Of a stretch of DNA of 26,454 nucleotides, positions 24,828 to 26,454 are shown in pieces. The number at the start of each line of letters is the position of its first letter. Position 1 is the stretch's first letter. The position numbers and the translations under genes are program-made. Under the pieces are notes generated by a model. The model saw only the letters and a program-made list of their open reading frames with translations. It did no database searches and was not told the origin of the DNA. This DNA comes from Candidatus Bipolaricaulota bacterium (GTDB lineage Bacteria; Bipolaricaulota; Bipolaricaulia; UBA7950; UBA9294). The stretch spans positions 1-26,454 of the forward strand of contig JBFMGK010000068.1 of NCBI GenBank assembly GCA_040752575.1, given 5' to 3'.

Positions 24828-26454
24828 GTGGCTAGCAAGAGGCTAGGCTCAACGACAGGAAGAGGAGTGCAGGGGACGCCGGGGTCTTCGTCCCCGTACT
24901 CGCGTCGGTCTCATGGAAGCCGCGGCCACATTTGGTCGATTGCCTGTGCCGTCGCGGTCGGAATGCTGATCGCACTCTCATGGGCGTCCGTAGCGCAGGA
25001 GGAGGATCCCTACCCGCGCTGCATTACGGGATGTACCGCCAAGGACGTCACTCTAGAGAGCGTGCGACTTGCTTACCCAGGTACGTGCACGCCGGGCAGC
25101 AGCCTCGCGGCGCAGATCCTAGCCACGGTGAATTTCAACCGTGTGAACTCCTACTGCGTGCGTTTCGTCGCAGACGTTTACATCAACAATGTCCTCGTAG
25201 TCAAGGATATCGTAAGCCAGCCGTACGTGTTTCAAGACAAGGGTATCTATGAGTTACTTGTCGGGACGGTGAACTGGACCTGCGGATCCGTCCTTGAGTT
25301 GAGGAACATCCAGATTTTCTGGTCCGTAGACAACTCCCTTTATGACCCTGCGTTCTGCGTCGGCTGCGTCGATTACGGCCCGGGTTCGAAGTGTGTCGGC
25401 TATGCAAGCGTATCAGCGACCACCCCGCTCGTCGCCAATTTCGTGGGCTCCCCACTCAGCGGATGCGTACCGCTTACTGTTCAGTTCACCGACTTGACGA
25501 CGGGGGGATGGTCCACGAGCCCCTACACGTACGATTGGGACTTCGGAGATGGGTCCGCACACTCTTCGGCCAGGGATCCGCTCCATACGTATGTAGACCC
25601 GGGTACCTACACCGTCTCGCTCACGGTGACGGATGCTGGCGCTGCGACGGACTCGGAAACGAAGACGAGCTACGTGGTTGTCGTGGATTGTGGTGCTGAC
25701 CTTAGGGTGACAAAGACGGCGACCCCGGCAGCCGTGTTTGCTGGCGAAACGCTGACGTACACGGTCGTCGTCTGGAACGACGGCCCGAACACGGCGACGG
25801 GAGTGGTGGTCACGGATCAGCTCCCGATTGGCGTCTCGCTTCTCTCGTACGGGATAACCCAAGGGACGTTCTCCGCTGGCACTTGGAACGTCGGAGCACT
25901 CGCTCCCGCAGGGTCCGCAGTCCTAACCCTGACGGTACAGGTCGACCCGAGCACGCACGGCACGTTGACGAACACGGCGTGCGCGACGGGGAACGAGACG
26001 GACCCGAACGCGGCGAACAACTGCGGGACGACGACGACGACGGTGACGCCGCGGACGGACCTACGCGTGACGAAGACAGATAGTCCGGATCCGGTGATCG
26101 CGGGCCAAGCGCTGACGTACACGGTGGTGGTCTGGAACGACGGACCGAGCGACGCGACGGGCGTTGCGGTGGCGGAGACGCTGCCGGCAGGAGTGACGTT
26201 CACGAGTGCGACGGCGAGCGTGGGGACGTACAGCTCGTCGACGAACGTATGGACGGTGGGGAACCTTGCCGCGGGGGCGAGCGCGACGTTGACGCTGGTC
26301 GTGAACGTGAACCCGGGGACGACGGGGACGTTGACGAACACGGCGTGCGCGACGGGGAACGAGACGGACCCGAACGCGGCGAACAACTGCGGGACGACGA
26401 CGACGACGGTGACGCCGCGGACGGACCTACGCGTGACGAAGACAGATAGTCCGG
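24828..26454 (+). CDS. Secreted repetitive surface protein/adhesin, 3'-truncated: signal peptide, Cys-rich N-domain, PKD domain, DUF11-type repeats
   Basis: Manual translation from GTG 24828 (GGGAGG at 24815-24820) is open for 542 codons to the window end. Signal peptide IWSIACAVAVGMLIALSWASVA-Q. PKD: VANF..PLTVQFTD..YDWDFGDG..HTYVDPGTYTVSLTV. DUF11 repeats: DLRVTKT..G..LTYTVVVWNDGP..ATGV...LTNTA...ETDPNAANN. Confidence 0.9.
   Translation, partial: MASKRLGSTTGRGVQGTPGSSSPYSRRSHGSRGHIWSIACAVAVGMLIALSWASVAQEEDPYPRCITGCTAKDVTLESVRLAYPGTCTPGSSLAAQILATVNFNRVNSYCVRFVADVYINNVLVVKDIVSQPYVFQDKGIYELLVGTVNWTCGSVLELRNIQIFWSVDNSLYDPAFCVGCVDYGPGSKCVGYASVSATTPLVANFVGSPLSGCVPLTVQFTDLTTGGWSTSPYTYDWDFGDGSAHSSARDPLHTYVDPGTYTVSLTVTDAGAATDSETKTSYVVVVDCGADLRVTKTATPAAVFAGETLTYTVVVWNDGPNTATGVVVTDQLPIGVSLLSYGITQGTFSAGTWNVGALAPAGSAVLTLTVQVDPSTHGTLTNTACATGNETDPNAANNCGTTTTTVTPRTDLRVTKTDSPDPVIAGQALTYTVVVWNDGPSDATGVAVAETLPAGVTFTSATASVGTYSSSTNVWTVGNLAAGASATLTLVVNVNPGTTGTLTNTACATGNETDPNAANNCGTTTTTVTPRTDLRVTKTDSP
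25962..26454 (+). repeat. Exact 127-nt direct repeat with a 366-nt (122-aa) period in the DUF11 array
   Basis: Bases 25962-26088 are identical to 26328-26454. The window ends inside the repeat. Confidence 0.95.

Noticed and set aside
24932..26449. Short ORFs in the last 1.5 kb, suggesting a fragmented pseudogene
   Set aside because: One uninterrupted frame from 24828 covers the region. It is absent from the track only because it has no stop codon in the window.
25962..26454. Direct repeats as a diversity-generating retroelement TR/VR pair or a CRISPR array
   Set aside because: The copies are identical with no adenine-specific differences, are in frame with a 122-aa domain period, and there is no reverse transcriptase or cas gene in the window.

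Overview
A GC-rich bacterial window. Both ends fall inside tandemly repeated coding sequence, so it is probably a whole contig broken at repeats. In order it holds: a 5'-truncated PrsA/SurA-type PPIase; a PKD+TlpA lipoprotein; a CX5R phosphatase; btpA-like, PfkB kinase, CsgG-like and yjbQ genes; a TetR-led 8-gene uptake/catabolic operon (atypical SDR, DapA-family lyase, cysteine hydrolase, sugar-type ABC transporter with a fused ATPase-permease, nitrilase-family amidase); pgsA-tpiA; mnmG; and a mutS-rsmH-ftsL-ftsI unit. The most notable region is the last 2.3 kb, an apparent multi-layer cyclic-di-GMP module. It runs: sigma70 promoter with an inverted repeat in its spacer, c-di-GMP-I (GEMM) riboswitch overlapping an intrinsic terminator, a 110-aa protein fusing a ribbon-helix-helix-like N-terminus to a tandem MshEN motif, an internal extended -10, a second c-di-GMP-I riboswitch next to the RBS, and a secreted Cys-rich/PKD/DUF11-repeat surface protein. 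That last ORF runs off the window end and is missing from the supplied ORF track. All calls come from reading motifs by eye; no searches were run.
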